Shown here one piece after another: positions 8,045 through 17,797 of a stretch of DNA of 58,225 nt. The notes under the pieces were generated by a model that was not told where the DNA came from, did not search any database, and saw only the letters and a program-made list of their open reading frames with translations. Source of the DNA: Actinomycetota bacterium (GTDB lineage: Bacteria > Actinomycetota > Actinomycetes > Mycobacteriales > SCTD01). Both the position numbers and the translations under genes were made by a program. Location: the NCBI GenBank assembly GCA_019348355.1, contig JAHWJP010000004.1:1-58225 (forward strand), in the 5' to 3' direction. Position 1 is the stretch's first letter; each line of letters starts with the position of its first letter.

Positions 8045-9586
8045 GTGCAGACCTTCCTGCCCTACCCCGACCTGCGGGCCAGCTGCCTCATGCTGGACGA
8101 CCGGCGCCTGGGCAAGCAGCGGGTGGAGACCTTCCAGATCCTGCGCGCGCTGACCTGGCCGGACTACGCCTGGAAGAACCACCCGGCCGTACGCATGTGG
8201 CGCGGCTTCGTGCCGGCGTTGGTCGGCTACGGGCTGGAGAACTGCCGGGAGTGGACCCGGCGCGGTTACGCCGACACTGTGGCGCCACAGCTGCTCGGCT
8301 GGTCCGGCGGGACCGAGCCGGTCGACCCGCCGCTGCCACAGTGGTTCGGGCTGGAGGCGCTGCACCTGTCGCACCGGTCCGCGCTGCTGCGCAAGGACCC
8401 GGACTGGTACGGGCCGCTGTTCGCTTCGCTCGGCGAGCCCGACCTGCCCGCTGATCTGCCCTATCTGTGGCCGCCGGCAGCCTTCCCCCGATGGCCGGTG
8501 CGCGGCGGCCTGGGGGCGCGGGCTGTTCCGGATGCCCTGCGGGTGCTGGGGTTCGACGCTGCACGCCGTGGACAGGCCGAGGTGGCGCGGGCGGCCGCCG
8601 ACGGCAGGGACGTGCTGCTCGTCGCCCGTCCGGGCACCGGCGGGTCGGCCGCCGGGCTGCTCGCCGGTCTGGTCACCGCGGGTCGCACGCTGTGGGTCAG
8701 CCCGATGCTGGGTCCGCGTGCAGCGGCGGTGCCGCCGGTGCCGTTGCCGAAGCCGCGCCCGGTTGCGCCGACCACGCCCGGCGTCCCGCCATTGGCCCGC
8801 CCGCCAGGACCGGCTGAACTCGCAGCCATGCGGGCGGAGAGCGAGCCGGCAGAGTTCCTGTTCGTGGCGGCTGACACGCTCGCGACGTTCCAGCCGCCCT
8901 CCGGTCCGGTCGGACTGGTCGTCGTCGACCGGGCGCACGAGGTGGCGAAGGACGACGCCGCCAGGCTGCGGACGCTTCGAGCGGACCTCGGCGGGCCGCC
9001 GCTGCTGCTCGTCACCGACCGGGCCGACCCGGGGGAACGGGCCGTGCTCTTCGACCGGTTCGGGTTGCGTGACCCGGTGCACGCGGGCGGCGGATGGGAT
9101 CCTGGGGGTGTCCTCGACGCGGTGTCGGTCACCAGTGCTCGCGCCCGGCGCACCGCCGGGATCCGGCTGGTCGGCGAGCATCGCCCGGCCGTGGTGGTCG
9201 CGCCGTCGCGGGAGCGCGCCGAGCGGCTCGCCGCCGGGCTTCACGCAGCCGGTCTGCGGGCCGCATGCTGGGCGCCGCCGCCGATGCGTCCCACCCGGGC
9301 CGCCGCCGCGCTCGCGGCCTGGCGGGCTCGCCGGCTCGACGCCCTCGTGATGCCCGCCGGAGCGCTGCCGCCGCTGGGCCGGCGCGGACCGGCACTGCTG
9401 CTCGGTGACGAGCCGGCGTCGCTCGACGACTGGCGGAATCTCGTCGCTGCGGTCGGCGCCGACCGGTCGGTACTGGTCGCCGGCCCGGGCGCTCCTCCGG
9501 AGGTCGCCGGCTACGCCGCAGCCGGCGACGACGCGCGCGCTCGGCTGCTCGACCACTTCGGCGAGCCCTCGCCGCGTACACCCTGA
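8045..9586 (+). CDS. MSMEG_6728-family (pyrimidine-dimer glycosylase-like) domain fused to a degenerate RecQ-like helicase
   Basis: aa 1-143: MQTFLPY...LDDRRLGKQRVE...NHPAVRMWRG...HLSHRSALLRKDP...LPYLWP. The rest aligns by eye to RecQ motifs with catalytic substitutions. Confidence 0.85.
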   Translation: MQTFLPYPDLRASCLMLDDRRLGKQRVETFQILRALTWPDYAWKNHPAVRMWRGFVPALVGYGLENCREWTRRGYADTVAPQLLGWSGGTEPVDPPLPQWFGLEALHLSHRSALLRKDPDWYGPLFASLGEPDLPADLPYLWPPAAFPRWPVRGGLGARAVPDALRVLGFDAARRGQAEVARAAADGRDVLLVARPGTGGSAAGLLAGLVTAGRTLWVSPMLGPRAAAVPPVPLPKPRPVAPTTPGVPPLARPPGPAELAAMRAESEPAEFLFVAADTLATFQPPSGPVGLVVVDRAHEVAKDDAARLRTLRADLGGPPLLLVTDRADPGERAVLFDRFGLRDPVHAGGGWDPGGVLDAVSVTSARARRTAGIRLVGEHRPAVVVAPSRERAERLAAGLHAAGLRAACWAPPPMRPTRAAAALAAWRARRLDALVMPAGALPPLGRRGPALLLGDEPASLDDWRNLVAAVGADRSVLVAGPGAPPEVAGYAAAGDDARARLLDHFGEPSPRTP

Positions 9587-9594
9587 TCCTCGGG

Positions 9595-9658
9595 TGATCA
9601 ACGCCGCACTTCCGGCGGTTTGCCTCGGGCGAAACCGCCCCAAGTCCGGCGTCGATCA
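9595..9658. repeat. Long imperfect inverted repeat (REP-like / bidirectional terminator) between convergent genes
   Basis: TGATCAACGCCGCACTT-CC-GGCGGTTT...AAACCGCC-CC-AAGTCCGGCGTCGATCA. Confidence 0.65.
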
Positions 9659-10564
9659 GCGGGGCGAAGGTGGGGTGGTGATGTCGGGCAGGACCACGCG
9701 GACGGCGCCGGGGCGTACGGTGACGGTGCAGGGCAGCGTCCCCACCGGGTCGCCGTCGGCGAAGACCCGAAAGGGCCGGTCCGCGGCCAGCTCGACGATC
9801 CGCCCGCGCTGCACGGTGACCGAGGGGTCCTCGACGTGGGTGCCGCGGAACACCTTGGGCAGCGACCTCGCGAAGCGCAGCCGGCCGGTCGCTGCGGTGC
9901 TGACGACGTCGAGCGAGCCGTCCTCCATGCTGGCGTCGGGCGCGAGCCGCATGCCGCTGCCGTAGACCCCGGAGTTGGCCACCGCGACCGCCCAGCCACG
10001 CACCTCGAGCGGCGCACCGTCGACGATGCAGGAGAACTGCGCGGGCCGCCAGCCGGCGATGGCGGCGAAAGAGCTGACCAGGTAGACCAGCTGGCCCAGT
10101 GGCAGCCGGCTCCGAAGGACCCGCTCCTGCACCTCGCTGTCGAAGCCGATCGAGGCGATGCCGAGGAAGGGCGCCTCGCCCGTGGCGCTGGTGACGATCC
10201 CGAGGTCGAGCGCCCGGACCTGCCCGCCGGACAGCAGCGCGCAGGCCTGATCAAGATCGGCCGGGATGCCGGCTGCGCGGCAGAAGTCGTTGCCCCGGCC
10301 GCCGGGCAGGGCGGCCATGACCCCGCCGGTGGCCGCGACGATCCCGGCGACGCGCCCGACGATGCCGTCGCCGCCCATGGCAACGACGATCCGGTCGTCG
10401 GCGACGGCGGCTGCGGTCAGCTCGTCGGCGTGCTCCAGCGAGCGGGTGGGTGTGACCACCAGGTCGTGCCCGGCCGAGCGGAGTGACGCCTCGGTGGCCG
10501 GCAGCTGGGCGCCGGCGCGACCTCCGCCGGCGGAGGGGTTGACGACGAGCTGAAGCCTGCGCAA
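9656..10564 (-). CDS. Diacylglycerol/lipid kinase, YegS/Rv2252/BmrU family
   Basis: VVNPSAGGG, GGDG, PGGRGNDF, NSGVYGSG, ADGD. TTG start at 10564 after GAAGGGGG. Confidence 0.9.
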   Translation of the reverse strand: MRRLQLVVNPSAGGGRAGAQLPATEASLRSAGHDLVVTPTRSLEHADELTAAAVADDRIVVAMGGDGIVGRVAGIVAATGGVMAALPGGRGNDFCRAAGIPADLDQACALLSGGQVRALDLGIVTSATGEAPFLGIASIGFDSEVQERVLRSRLPLGQLVYLVSSFAAIAGWRPAQFSCIVDGAPLEVRGWAVAVANSGVYGSGMRLAPDASMEDGSLDVVSTAATGRLRFARSLPKVFRGTHVEDPSVTVQRGRIVELAADRPFRVFADGDPVGTLPCTVTVRPGAVRVVLPDITTPPSPR

Positions 10565-10598
10565 ACGCTCCCCCTTCGGGCCGGGACCTGACGTACAG

Positions 10599-10617
10599 TG
10601 TGACACATGACGTCACA
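10599..10617. promoter_or_regulatory. Palindromic operator TGTGAC-N7-GTCACA (probable TetR site)
   Basis: Perfect 6-bp inverted repeat over the tetR start and -10 box (TACAGT 10594-10599); extra GTCACA half-site at 10620-10625. Confidence 0.6.
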
Positions 10618-11185
10618 ACGTCACATGGAGGATCCGCTGCTGACGGCTGCGCGTGCCTGCATCCTGGAGGTCGGCCTGCGCCGGACCACCCTCGCCGATG
10701 TCGCCCGCCGCGCCGGCGTGAGCCGGATGACGGTCTACCGGCAGTACGGCGACCTGTCGGCCATCGTCGCCGCGCTGCTCACCGCCGAGCTGCTCGGCCT
10801 GCTCGACGAGGCGCGCGAGCAGGTGTCGGCGCTGCCCACGGCCCGCGAGCGACTGGTCAGCGCCGGCGTGCGCGTTGTCGAACAGCTGGCCGTGCACCCG
10901 CTGTGGTGCAAGGTCCTCGACCTCGATCCCGAGTTGTTGCTGCCGCTCGTGGTCGACCGCTTCGGCTCCTCCCAGCGCGCCGCGGTGGACCAGGTGGCCG
11001 AGCAGGTCGAGCTCGGCCAGCGGGACGGCTCGATCCGCGACGGCGACCCGCAGCTGTTGGCCACCTGCCTGCTGCTCACCGCGCAATCCTTTGTCTTCTC
11101 CGCGCGGGTCATCGCCGCCGAGCACAAGAGCGAGCAGACCGGTCCGGAGTTGCGCCGGCTGCTCGAGGGATACCTGCGCCCATGA
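10607..11185 (+). CDS. TetR/AcrR family regulator (Rv2250c-like)
   Basis: HTH: GLRRTTLADVARRAGVSRMTVYRQY. Confidence 0.93.
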   Translation: MTSQRHMEDPLLTAARACILEVGLRRTTLADVARRAGVSRMTVYRQYGDLSAIVAALLTAELLGLLDEAREQVSALPTARERLVSAGVRVVEQLAVHPLWCKVLDLDPELLLPLVVDRFGSSQRAAVDQVAEQVELGQRDGSIRDGDPQLLATCLLLTAQSFVFSARVIAAEHKSEQTGPELRRLLEGYLRP

Positions 11186-12696
11186 CCGGGCCGCACCTGA
11201 CGGCCGAGCGCCGGGCCCGCGACTTCGACCGGCTGGCCGGCGAAACCGTCGATGTGCTCGTGATCGGCGGTGGCGTCACGGGCTGCGGGGTGGCTCTCGA
11301 CGCAGCCTCGCGCGGCCTGTCGGTCGCGCTCGTCGAGCGGGCGGACCTGGCGCACGGCACGAGCCGCTGGTCGAGCAAGCTGGTGCACGGCGGGTTGCGC
11401 TACCTCGCCACGGGTGATGTCGGGCTGGCGCTGGACAGCGCGCGCGAGCGGGGCGTGCTGATGACCACGACCGCCCCCCACCTGGTCCGGCCGTTGCCGA
11501 TGGTGCTGCCGCTGGGTCGTGACATCGGGCGCCGCGAGGCGGCGCTGTTCGACGCCGGGCAGCGGGTCGCGGGCGGGCTGCGCCGCATCGCGCACACCTC
11601 CCGGGCAACCCTTCCCGCTCCACGCCGGCTCGGCGCGCCGGAGACCGTCCGGCTGCTTCCGGCCGTGCGCCGGGACGGTCTGCGGGGTGGGCTGCTCAAC
11701 TGGGACGGTCAGCTCGAGGACGACGCGCGGCTCGTCGTCGCGCTGGCGCGTACCGCCGCTTCTTACGGCGCGCGGATCGTCACCTACGCCGGCGTCCTGT
11801 CTGCCGACGGCACCGGGGCGCTCGTGCGCGACGAGCGGACGGGGGCGACCCTGCGGGTGTCCGCGCGCGCGGTCGTCAACGCGACCGGCGCGTGGGCCGA
11901 CGAGCTCGCGCCGCAGACCCGGCTGCGCCCCAGCAAGGGCGTGCACATCGTGCTTCCCGCCGTGCGGCTCGGACACCCGGCTGCCGCGCTGACCGTGCCG
12001 GTGCCCGGGCAGTCCAACCGCTACGTCTTCGCCCTGCCGCACGGGGACGGCATCGTGCACGTCGGGCTCACCGACGACCCGCTCGACGGCCCGCTGCCGG
12101 ATGTGCCGCGGGTGCACGAGCACGAGATCGGCTTCCTGCTCGACACGTTGTCGCGTGGGCTCGAGGTGCCGCTCGACCGGGCCGATGTGATGGGCTCGTT
12201 CGCCGGCGTCCGACCACTGCTGGCCGGCGTGCAGGGCCGGACGGCTGACCTGTCTCGCCGGCACGCTGTCGTGCGAGGGGAGGACGGGATGTGGACGGTG
12301 CTCGGCGGCAAGCTGACGACCTACCGGCGGATGGCGCAGGACGCCGTCGACCACCTCACGGACCGGCCGTGCTGGACGACCCGGCTGCCGCTCGTCGGCG
12401 CGGTCGGTCCGCACCGCCCGGCTCCGGCGCGTCTTTCCAGGCGGTACGGCGCGGAGGCCGCCGACGTGGCGGCACTCGCCGCGCGCGACCCGCGCCTGCT
12501 CGAGCCGGTCGCGCCAGGAGTGCCGGTGCTGGGCGTCGAGCTGGCCTGGGGGGTATGTGCAGAGGGCGCGCTGACCGCGGGGGACCTGCTGGAGCGGCGC
12601 ACCAGGCTGTCGCTCGTCGACGCCTGGCACGAGGCCGCCGGGCCGGCTGCGCATCGTGCCATCGCGCAGCCGGCCGGGAGGGTCAGCCGATCGTGA
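11182..12696 (+). CDS. glpD: FAD-dependent glycerol-3-phosphate dehydrogenase/oxidase
   Basis: VIGGGVTG, GTSRWSSKLVHGGLRYL, DDARL, NATGAW, GGKLTTYR; ATG overlaps the tetR stop. Confidence 0.9.
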   Translation: MTGPHLTAERRARDFDRLAGETVDVLVIGGGVTGCGVALDAASRGLSVALVERADLAHGTSRWSSKLVHGGLRYLATGDVGLALDSARERGVLMTTTAPHLVRPLPMVLPLGRDIGRREAALFDAGQRVAGGLRRIAHTSRATLPAPRRLGAPETVRLLPAVRRDGLRGGLLNWDGQLEDDARLVVALARTAASYGARIVTYAGVLSADGTGALVRDERTGATLRVSARAVVNATGAWADELAPQTRLRPSKGVHIVLPAVRLGHPAAALTVPVPGQSNRYVFALPHGDGIVHVGLTDDPLDGPLPDVPRVHEHEIGFLLDTLSRGLEVPLDRADVMGSFAGVRPLLAGVQGRTADLSRRHAVVRGEDGMWTVLGGKLTTYRRMAQDAVDHLTDRPCWTTRLPLVGAVGPHRPAPARLSRRYGAEAADVAALAARDPRLLEPVAPGVPVLGVELAWGVCAEGALTAGDLLERRTRLSLVDAWHEAAGPAAHRAIAQPAGRVSRS

Positions 12697-14290
12697 GCCG
12701 GCCCTCGACCTGCGGGTCGACCGGGGAGTTGGCCGCCAGGTAGCGGACGACCGTGTCGACGAGGTTGATGCCGGTGTCGACGGTGTTGCTGCCCTTCGTG
12801 AGGGTGGTGAACTGGTCGCCGCCTGCGGCCATGAAGTTGTTCGTCGCGATCCGATAGGTCGCGGCGGGGTCGATCGGCGAGCCGTCCGGCAGGATCACCG
12901 AGGTGACCCGGCTCCCGAACGGCGCGTCGGCGTCGAACGACCAGCTCAGACCGGAGACCTGGACGACGCCGAAGCGGCTGGCCGCTCCCTCCTCCAGCAC
13001 CTGCCGCACCTGGGCCCCGGTGAGGTCCATGGTGACCAGTGTGTTGTTGAAAGGCAGGACCGCGTAGACCTCCTCCAGCGTGATCGGGCCGGCGTCGATG
13101 TCGGCTCGCAGCCCCCCGGCGTTGGCGAATGCGAAGTCCACGCCGTCCAGATGGGTACGCATGGCGTCGCTGACGAAGTTGCCCATCTCCGACTCGGCGT
13201 CACGGGTTCGGGTGATGGCGGTCGTCGTCGTACCGACCGTCTTTCCCAGCTCCGCCCCCAGCGCAGCGCGGTAGCGGTCGACGATGGCCTGGACCTCCGG
13301 GTCAGGCGTCACACCCGCCACGAGCGTCCGGTCGAGCTCGGTGACGACGTCCACCACGTCCTTCGTCGCCCGGTCGACCGTGAGCGTCACGTCCGCGTAG
13401 CCGCGGGTGTTGCCCAAGGGCTGCACCACCGGGATGCCGTTGATGGTGGTGTCGAACTCCGTCGGGATGTGACCGCCCAGCACCAGGTCGACTTCACCGG
13501 ACAGCTGCGAGACCAGCTCGGCCAGCGCACCCTCACCCGGGGCGGTCAGGCCCTGGTGCGCCACCACCACGATCGTCTCGACCTTCTGTGCCCGGAGCTC
13601 CTCCACGGCGTCGTTGACCGCGTCAGCGCTCTCGGCCAGGTCGAGGAAGCGCAAGCCCTCGGTAGCGGACGGCAGCGTCACCGCCTTGGTGTCAGGGTTG
13701 GCGACACCGATCACGCCCACCTGAACTCCTTGCAGTTTCTCGATGACGTACGGCTCGATGCCTTCCGGCGCGGTTCCTGCCGACTCGTCGACGATGTTCG
13801 CGGCAAGGAACGGGAAGTCCGCCTGGGCGATCCGGTCGTTCAACGTCCCCTGGCCGTAGTCGAACTCGTGGTTGCCCACTGCGGCCGCGTCGACGCCGAT
13901 GGTGTTGAAGACCTCGACGGTGGACTCGCCTTCGAAGAACGAGGAGATCACCGGTCCCTGCATGAAGTCACCGGAGTCCAGGATCAGCGTCCGTGGGTTC
14001 TCGGCCTCCTCCTGCTTCAGGTATGTCGCGAGCACTCCCGCCCCGCCGGCGAGCGGTCCGCCACGCGTGACGGCGAGCGGGTCGAGCTGCCCGTGTGTCT
14101 CGTTCAGGCCGAGGATCTGGATGTCGACGGTCCGCTGGGGCTGCGGCTCGGCTTGGGCCGCCCGGGGCGGTGAACCGGCTTGCTTCTGGTGCGCCGCGGC
14201 GGTGCCTGGGACGGCGGTGAGGGTGAGCGCGCCGACGGCCGCGACGGCCATGCCGCGCGCCCAGGACCGGGAAGTGCAGAGTCGTGCCAC
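12683..14290 (-). CDS. Secreted bifunctional metallophosphatase/5'-nucleotidase
   Basis: Signal peptide (TAAA), NETHG, DSGD, GNHEFD, GGH, ESEMGNFVSD, NAGGLR, LPFNN, GGDQF. Confidence 0.92.
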   Translation of the reverse strand: MARLCTSRSWARGMAVAAVGALTLTAVPGTAAAHQKQAGSPPRAAQAEPQPQRTVDIQILGLNETHGQLDPLAVTRGGPLAGGAGVLATYLKQEEAENPRTLILDSGDFMQGPVISSFFEGESTVEVFNTIGVDAAAVGNHEFDYGQGTLNDRIAQADFPFLAANIVDESAGTAPEGIEPYVIEKLQGVQVGVIGVANPDTKAVTLPSATEGLRFLDLAESADAVNDAVEELRAQKVETIVVVAHQGLTAPGEGALAELVSQLSGEVDLVLGGHIPTEFDTTINGIPVVQPLGNTRGYADVTLTVDRATKDVVDVVTELDRTLVAGVTPDPEVQAIVDRYRAALGAELGKTVGTTTTAITRTRDAESEMGNFVSDAMRTHLDGVDFAFANAGGLRADIDAGPITLEEVYAVLPFNNTLVTMDLTGAQVRQVLEEGAASRFGVVQVSGLSWSFDADAPFGSRVTSVILPDGSPIDPAATYRIATNNFMAAGGDQFTTLTKGSNTVDTGINLVDTVVRYLAANSPVDPQVEGRLTIG

Positions 14291-14418
14291 AGGGGCCTCC
14301 TGCTCGAAAGGGTGAGGGACGCGTCCAAACTGACGAGCCGGGGTGTCTCGGCGGTGAACGGCCGGTGACCGGACGGCGTGACCTTGGAGCCGTTTCGGCG
14401 CCGTCTAGCGTGCCGGGG

Positions 14419-14814
14419 GTGGCGCAGGACCGTGAGCGAGGACAGCGACGCGACCTCGTGCCGCCCGGCTGGCCCGCGGCGGTGCTGCCGCCGCAGGTCC
14501 CCGACTGGGAGCGCAGCGCGGTCGGCTGGCTGTTCGACCTGTGCCCGGCGGATTACCGGGCCCACGAGGTGCTGCGCCGCCACCCGGTCGTGCTCGCCCG
14601 CTTCGCCGCCGGCCACGTCGAGAGCGCGGTCGAGGCCGCCCGGCAGGGCATCCGCACCGCCCGGGCCGAACTCTCGGGGCTCGTGCCGGTGGAGGCGGTG
14701 GAGGCCGCGCTCGCGGCGTACGACCGCGAGGGCCGGCGGCTGGTCCTGCTCGGTCGGGAGGTTGCCCTCGTCGACGCGGCACTGCGGGGCGAGCGGCACG
14801 TACCGCGCCTGTGA
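14419..14814 (+). CDS. Conserved actinobacterial hypothetical protein
   Basis: PPGWP...[34 protein letters not shown]; start inferred from TAGCGT 7 nt upstream. Confidence 0.75.
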   Translation: MAQDRERGQRRDLVPPGWPAAVLPPQVPDWERSAVGWLFDLCPADYRAHEVLRRHPVVLARFAAGHVESAVEAARQGIRTARAELSGLVPVEAVEAALAAYDREGRRLVLLGREVALVDAALRGERHVPRL

Positions 14815-14837
14815 TCCGTTGGGTCTGTGATCCGTTG
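14809..14837. repeat. 13-bp direct repeat CTGTGATCCGTTG x2 upstream of dxs
   Basis: Copies at 14809-14821 and 14825-14837; -10-like TAGACT at 14857-14862. Confidence 0.7.
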
Positions 14838-14900
14838 TCTGGGGGCCCGCCGCATCTAGACTCGGGCAGTCAGACCCGGCCGAGAGGAAGCGAAGGACGC

Positions 14901-16829
14901 GTGAGCCTGCTCGACGACGTGCACGGTCCCGCCGACCTCAAGCGCCTCACCCCCGCGCAGCTGCCGCTGCTGGCGGCGGAGGTGCGTGACGTCATGGTCG
15001 ACACGGTCTCGCGCACCGGCGGCCACCTTGGCCCCAGCCTCGGTGTCGTCGAGCTGACGATGGCCCTGCACCGGGTCTTCGACTCGCCGCGGGACAAGGT
15101 GCTGTGGGACACCGGACATCAGGCGTACGTACACAAGCTGCTGACCGGCCGGCGGGCGGCCTTCGAGACGCTGCGCAAGCAGGGTGGCCTGTCGGGCTAC
15201 CCGAGCCGGGCCGAGTCCGAGCACGACCTGGTCGAGAACAGCCACGCCTCCACCGCACTGTCCTACGCCGACGGGCTCGCCAAGGCCTACCGGCTGCGCG
15301 GCGAGCGGCGGCACGTCGTCGCGGTCGTGGGTGACGGCGCGCTCACCGGCGGCATGTGTTGGGAGGCGCTGAACAACATCGCCGCCACGCCCAACCCGAT
15401 CGTCATCGTCGTCAACGACAACGGCCGGTCCTACTCGCCGACCATCGGTGGGCTCGCCGACCACCTCGCGACGCTGCGGATGACGCAGGGCTACGAGCGG
15501 GCGCTCGACACCATCAAGACGACGCTGGCCCGCACACCCGTCGTCGGGACGCCGGTCTACACGGCGCTGCACGGCCTCAAGCGCGGGATCAAGGACCTGC
15601 TGCAGCCACAGGTGCTGTTCGAGGACCTGGGCCTGAAGTACGTCGGCCCGATCAACGGCCACGACATCGGCGCGATGGAGGCAGCCCTGCGGCGAGCCAA
15701 GGCCTTCGGCGGTCCGGTCATCGTGCATGCCGTCACCGTCAAGGGGTTCGGCTACCAGCCGGCGGTGGACGACGAGGCCGACTGCCTGCACAGCGTCGCG
15801 CCGGTCACCGACCCGCTCACCGGCAAGCCGATCAACGTCAGCGCCCGCGGGTGGACCGGCGTGTTCGGGCAGGAGCTGCTCGCGATCGGCGCGGAGCGCC
15901 CCGACGTGGTCGCGATCACCGCGGCGATGCTCCAGCCGGTCGGGCTGCGGGCGTTCTCCGAGGCCTACCCCGACCGCACCTTCGACGTCGGGATCGCCGA
16001 GCAGCACGCCGTGACGAGCGCCGCCGGGCTCGCGATGGGTGGCCTGCACCCCGTCGTCTGCCTCTATGCGACGTTCCTCAACCGGGCCTTCGACCAGACG
16101 CTGATGGATGTCGCGTTGCACCGGCTGCCGGTGACGTTCGTGCTCGACCGGGCCGGCGTGACCGGGGAGGACGGCGCCAGCCACAACGGCATGTGGGACC
16201 TGTCGCTGCTCCAGCTCGTCCCCGGCATCCGGCTCGCGGCGCCCCGGGACGCCGCGACCCTGCGTGCGGAGCTGCGCGAGGCGCTCGCGGTGACGGACGG
16301 GCCGACGGCGGTGCGCTTCCCGAGAGGCGCTGTGGGGCCGGACATCCCAGCTGTCGAACGGCTCGGGGTGGTGGACGTGCTGCGGCGAGCCCCCGGCGAC
16401 GACGTGCTGCTCGTCGCTGTCGGCGCCTTCGCGGGGCTGGGGCTCGAGGTGGCCGAGCGCGCCGCCGACCAGGGCATCGGGGTCACCGTCGTCGACCCGC
16501 GCTGGGTCACCCCGGTGCCGCCCGAGCTGATCGAGCTGGCCCGCGACTACCGGCTGGTGTTCACCGTGGAGGACAACGGGCGGGTCGGGGGCGTCGGCGC
16601 GCTGGTCAGCCAGGCGCTGCGTGACGCCGACATCGACGTGCCAGCGCGCGACATCGGCATCCCGCAGCGGTTCCTCGATCACGCGAGCCGCGCGCAGACC
16701 CTCGCCGACGTCGGCCTGACCGCCCAGGAGGTGGCGCGCCGGCTCGTCGAGACCGTCGCGCGGCAGGGCGGCGAGCTCGCGGCCAAGGTCGACGCGGACC
16801 GCCAGGACGGCCCGCAGGCGCAGCGCTAG
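14901..16829 (+). CDS. dxs: 1-deoxy-D-xylulose-5-phosphate synthase
   Basis: [30 protein letters not shown]...[23 protein letters not shown]. Confidence 0.97.
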   Translation: MSLLDDVHGPADLKRLTPAQLPLLAAEVRDVMVDTVSRTGGHLGPSLGVVELTMALHRVFDSPRDKVLWDTGHQAYVHKLLTGRRAAFETLRKQGGLSGYPSRAESEHDLVENSHASTALSYADGLAKAYRLRGERRHVVAVVGDGALTGGMCWEALNNIAATPNPIVIVVNDNGRSYSPTIGGLADHLATLRMTQGYERALDTIKTTLARTPVVGTPVYTALHGLKRGIKDLLQPQVLFEDLGLKYVGPINGHDIGAMEAALRRAKAFGGPVIVHAVTVKGFGYQPAVDDEADCLHSVAPVTDPLTGKPINVSARGWTGVFGQELLAIGAERPDVVAITAAMLQPVGLRAFSEAYPDRTFDVGIAEQHAVTSAAGLAMGGLHPVVCLYATFLNRAFDQTLMDVALHRLPVTFVLDRAGVTGEDGASHNGMWDLSLLQLVPGIRLAAPRDAATLRAELREALAVTDGPTAVRFPRGAVGPDIPAVERLGVVDVLRRAPGDDVLLVAVGAFAGLGLEVAERAADQGIGVTVVDPRWVTPVPPELIELARDYRLVFTVEDNGRVGGVGALVSQALRDADIDVPARDIGIPQRFLDHASRAQTLADVGLTAQEVARRLVETVARQGGELAAKVDADRQDGPQAQR

Positions 16830-16832
16830 GTC

Positions 16833-17678
16833 TCAGCGGTAGAGCACGTCCCGATCCCACGGCGCGTCGACCACCCGGTCGCGCAGGACGATCCGCTCGG
16901 GCCGGCCGCCCTCGGGCACCAGGGTCAGTTCGTCGGCGGTCAGCAGCAGCGGCCGGGCGAACCCCCGCTGCTCGGCCGGGGTGGCCGCCGCCGCCGCCGG
17001 GCCGAACGCCGGGTCGATATGCGCGAGCCGGGTCCAGCCGCGCCGCAGCATCGGGACGACGGCGGCGCCGAGCCCGTTGTCCTGCTGGGCCAGGGCCGCT
17101 CGCAGGCTGCGGGCACCGAGCAGGGTCACCGCGTCGCAGTCACCGAAGGGCCGCAGCACGCCCTTCTGGTCCTGACGCGCACGCTCAGCCGCAAGGCGGC
17201 CGAGTCGCTCCAGGTCGGCGCGCACGCGCTGCCAGACGACGTCGGAGTCGATGCCGATCGCGTCCACGACGCTGGCCGGCAGCAGCACGACGCGGTCACG
17301 GTCAGCCGGATCGAGACCGACCGCTCCGAGGCCCAGGTCCAGGGCGTCGCCCATCACCCGCTCCTGGACCCAGTCCAGGCCCGGGTGGGCGACGTGGTCG
17401 AGAGGCAGGCCGACGGGGCGCAGGGCCAGCTCCACGGTCTCGCGGCCGGCGTCGGCGCACCAGCGGCGGGCGAGCAACCAGTCGGTGAGCCGGGCACGCC
17501 CGGTGGCCTGCTCCGGGTCGTGACCGGCGAGGGCTCGGCGCAGCTGCGTCCACGAGACGCTGACGGGTGGAACGCCCGTCAGCAGCACGCCGTCCGCTGC
17601 CGGCTCGAGGTCGAGGTCGGACAGGACGCACACCGCCAACACGCCTCGTCGCAGCTCGGGAAGGTTGGGGGCGCGCAC
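16833..17678 (-). CDS. Hypothetical protein
   Basis: Long ORF with protein-like composition (LRPVGLP, LRPFGDCDAVTLLG, IDPAF); start inferred from TATCGT 7 nt upstream. Confidence 0.75.
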   Translation of the reverse strand: MRAPNLPELRRGVLAVCVLSDLDLEPAADGVLLTGVPPVSVSWTQLRRALAGHDPEQATGRARLTDWLLARRWCADAGRETVELALRPVGLPLDHVAHPGLDWVQERVMGDALDLGLGAVGLDPADRDRVVLLPASVVDAIGIDSDVVWQRVRADLERLGRLAAERARQDQKGVLRPFGDCDAVTLLGARSLRAALAQQDNGLGAAVVPMLRRGWTRLAHIDPAFGPAAAAATPAEQRGFARPLLLTADELTLVPEGGRPERIVLRDRVVDAPWDRDVLYR

Positions 17679-17797
17679 ATCTCGCACGATACCCACGCGG
17701 GGCGCTGCGCAGGCGGGGCCGAACGGGTGACCTCCCGGCCCCCGCGCGGCGTCCCGGCCTACATCCGCCACACATGCCCTCGTCTAGCGTGCCGCTC

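Noticed and set aside
14090-14110. NETHG instead of NDxHG in the 5'-nucleotidase
   Set aside because: Conservative Asp-to-Glu change with the other metal ligands intact; not enough to claim altered function.
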